NCBI GenBank assembly: GCA_950097015.1
Contig: CATNEN010000012.1
Location: forward strand, 1,302,001-1,366,000
Direction: 5' to 3'
DNA from: Macrostomum hystrix
Lineage: Eukaryota > Animalia > Platyhelminthes
DNA length: 64,000 nt
Position numbers and translations under genes: made by a program. Each line of letters begins with the position of its first letter. Position 1 is the first letter of the stretch. The notes below the pieces were generated by a model, which worked only from the letters and a program-made list of their open reading frames with translations, was not told the origin of the DNA and did no database searches. Below are positions 61,636 to 64,000 of this stretch, piece by piece.

Positions 61636-63809
61636 ATGGGATCCCGAGATGCGGCTGATCAAAACTTTGACTACATGTTCAAGCTGCTGATTATTGGCAA
61701 TTCTTCCGTTGGCAAAACTTCATTTCTGTTCCGCTATGCCGATGATTCATTTACATCGGCCTTCGTCTCTACAGTTGGCATCGATTTCAAAGTCAAGACC
61801 GTCTTTAGGCACGACAAGCGAGTCAAGCTGCAGATCTGGGTGAGCCTCTGTGGGCCTTTTCTTCCCGGAGGGAGGAGATCGGGGATCTGGGAGGAGGGAT
61901 GAGAAAGGGGGTCTGGGAGAAGGTATGAGATCTGGGATCTGGGAGGAGGGATGAGAAAGGGGGTCTGGGAGGAGGGATGAGAAAGGGGGTCTGGGAGAAG
62001 GTATGAGATCTGGGATCTGGGAGGAGGGATGAGAAAGGAGATCTGGAAGGAGTGATGAGATCGGGGATCTGGGAGGAGGAGGGATGAGATCTGGGATCTG
62101 GGAGGAGGGATGATAAAGGGGATCTGGGAGGAGGGATGAGAAAGGGGGTCTGGGAGAAGGTATGAGATCTGGGGTCTGGGAGGAGGGATGAGAAAGGAGA
62201 TCTGGAAGGAGTGATGAGATCGGGGATCTGGGAGGAGGAGGGATGAGATCTGGGATCTGGGAGGAGGGATGATAAAGGGGATCTGGGAGGAGGGATGATA
62301 AAGGGGATCTGGGAGGAGGGATGAGATCGGGGATCTGAAGAGCATACATACGTGAATAGCACGTCCAAATCTGCGTGAAATAAAATAATCAACAAATGGA
62401 TGATATATGGGAGCCAAGATATAGTGGAAAAAATATTAAGAAGATTAACGAATGAAATGATAGCTGGGATGCCTGAAAAGATGGTTTTAAATTGTAATAT
62501 AGTGCTTTTTATTGGGGACATGAGTTTCATTGTTCCGACAGTTTATCACAGTCATGAGCATGAAATTTATTTTGTTTTAATTTGTAGTGCAAAATGAACG
62601 ATGGATTAGCCATATCCTGGCTAACGATTCTTTAGGATCAGTAATTTTAGGACCTAGCTCATTTATATAATAAAGAGGCCCTGGTGTCGACTTTGAAGGG
62701 CGCTTCACTGTCCCCTAGGAAAACCAATTGCACATCAACTTTGCAGGGGAAAGCTGGGCCAGTTTTTTTCAAGTCACCTTGCACGTCTCAGCTTCCGTCT
62801 CGTCCATCTCGCAAGTGGGAAAAATTCGATCCTCAGGCAAAATTGGATGACTAATTTAACAGCTTGGAGGAAAATTTCCTACTCCTGCTCAGTTTTTCTT
62901 TACTGGCAGAGTTTTCCCCAGAGAGACGACGTTCGATTTTTTCTTGAGCGCGCATATTTTAGTTTTTTTACTGCAATTTCGAAACCAAATGAGAACCATA
63001 CCGCGGCAAGCCGTGCTGTTTTTTGAGTCGATTGAAATGCTCTATTCCACGAAACAGAAGCTACAGAAAATACTCAGACGCATGTGCAACGAGTCAAACG
63101 CTTCTCTAACAACTCAAGCGGCACTAAAATGACTTAAAAGCGACTTATACTCGTACTATTCAAGCACTACTTAAACGACTCTAAAACTTTTAAAAGAAAC
63201 CCAAACGCTACGACGATACCTCAAACACTTCTAAAACTACTCAAAATTTTCTGCAACGACTCAAACATTTCTAAAACGACTTTAACGATGCTAAAAGGAC
63301 CCAAACACTTCTAAAACGACTCAATCGCTTCTAAAACGACTGAAACGCTTCTAGCGACAAGCGACCCAAACACTTCTAAAACGACAAACGCTTCTAAAGC
63401 GACTTAAACGTTACTAAAACGACCCAAACGCTTCTAAAACGACTTTAACGCTAGTAAAACAACCAAAACACTTCTAAAACGACCCAAACGCTACTAAAAA
63501 TTCTTTAAAAACGCGTCTACATCGGCTCAAAAGCTTCTAAAACAACTTAAACAATTCTGTAACAACTCAAGCGCTACTAAAACTACACAAACGGTTCTAA
63601 AACGACTTAAGTCCACTTCATCCTGTTCAGATACACAGGAATTCCACGGTGCATCCATCTGTATGTGAATCTATTTCTTGACTTTTGCAGGACACAGCCG
63701 GTCAGGAGCGATACCGAACCATCACCACAGCCTATTATCGGGGCGCCATGGGCTTCATACTAATGTACGACGTCACTAATGAGGACTCGTTTAATGCCGT
63801 GCAAGACTG
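61636..63809 (+). CDS. rab3: Rab3 small GTPase, coding exons 1-2 (61636-61839, 63691-63809); continues beyond the window
   Basis: [47 protein letters not shown]...KLQIW|[27 protein letters not shown]; GT-AG intron. Confidence 0.96.
61868..62338. repeat. Purine/G-rich compound minisatellite (about 20-23-bp subunits, 159-bp higher-order period) at the start of Rab3 intron 1
   Basis: ggatctgggaggagggatga variants; block at 61981 recurs at 62140. Confidence 0.9.
63125..63610. repeat. Degenerate about 22-bp tandem repeat in the Rab3 intron
   Basis: aaacgcttctaaaacgac variants. Confidence 0.85.
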
Positions 63810-64000
63810 GTGAGTCTCTCTCTTTGCTAAGAGACACTTTTTGCTTCTCTTCCAAGCCTTTCATGTTGTGTCACCCAGTTGCACGATAGCAGATATCCCA
63901 AGGGCACAATATTGATCGCTGCTTATAAGTGTTTGACCATTTACGCTTCCAAATTGTTAATGGCTAAATTGATAATACTTGAAAACGCAACCATGCAAGA

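Noticed and set aside
61734-62530. Pro/Ser-rich minus-strand ORFs
   Set aside because: Translations of the intronic G-rich repeat, antisense to Rab3.

Overview
Eukaryotic (invertebrate-type, AT-rich, spliceosomal introns) genomic DNA. Bases 1 to about 46.6 kb are a deeply nested transposon cluster. It contains (i) a young full-length Ty3/Gypsy LTR retrotransposon (3059-12399) with a -1 frameshift gag-pol and an extra non-env ORF3, and (ii) at least five related CACTA/EnSpm(CMC)-like DNA elements, each built from a spliced accessory gene (BEN-like C-terminus) plus a DDE transposase; one (32824-40278) looks intact. It also contains (iii) a disrupted NOF/FB-like (MULE-related) transposase gene with C-terminal Ulp1-type protease and PHD motifs, preceded by an internally deleted HSP70 fragment, and (iv) a decayed LINE with 2A-like/PHD/APE/RT motifs. 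From about 47 kb on there are three MITEs, two host genes (a CLK/Doa LAMMER kinase, and Rab3, which runs off the window end) and several minisatellites. The most interesting pattern is that three CACTA subfamilies each carry a different palindromic subterminal motif (TTGCAA, ATGCAT, AGATCT) and a diverged BEN-like accessory gene. All domain calls are by-eye motif recognition; no searches were run.
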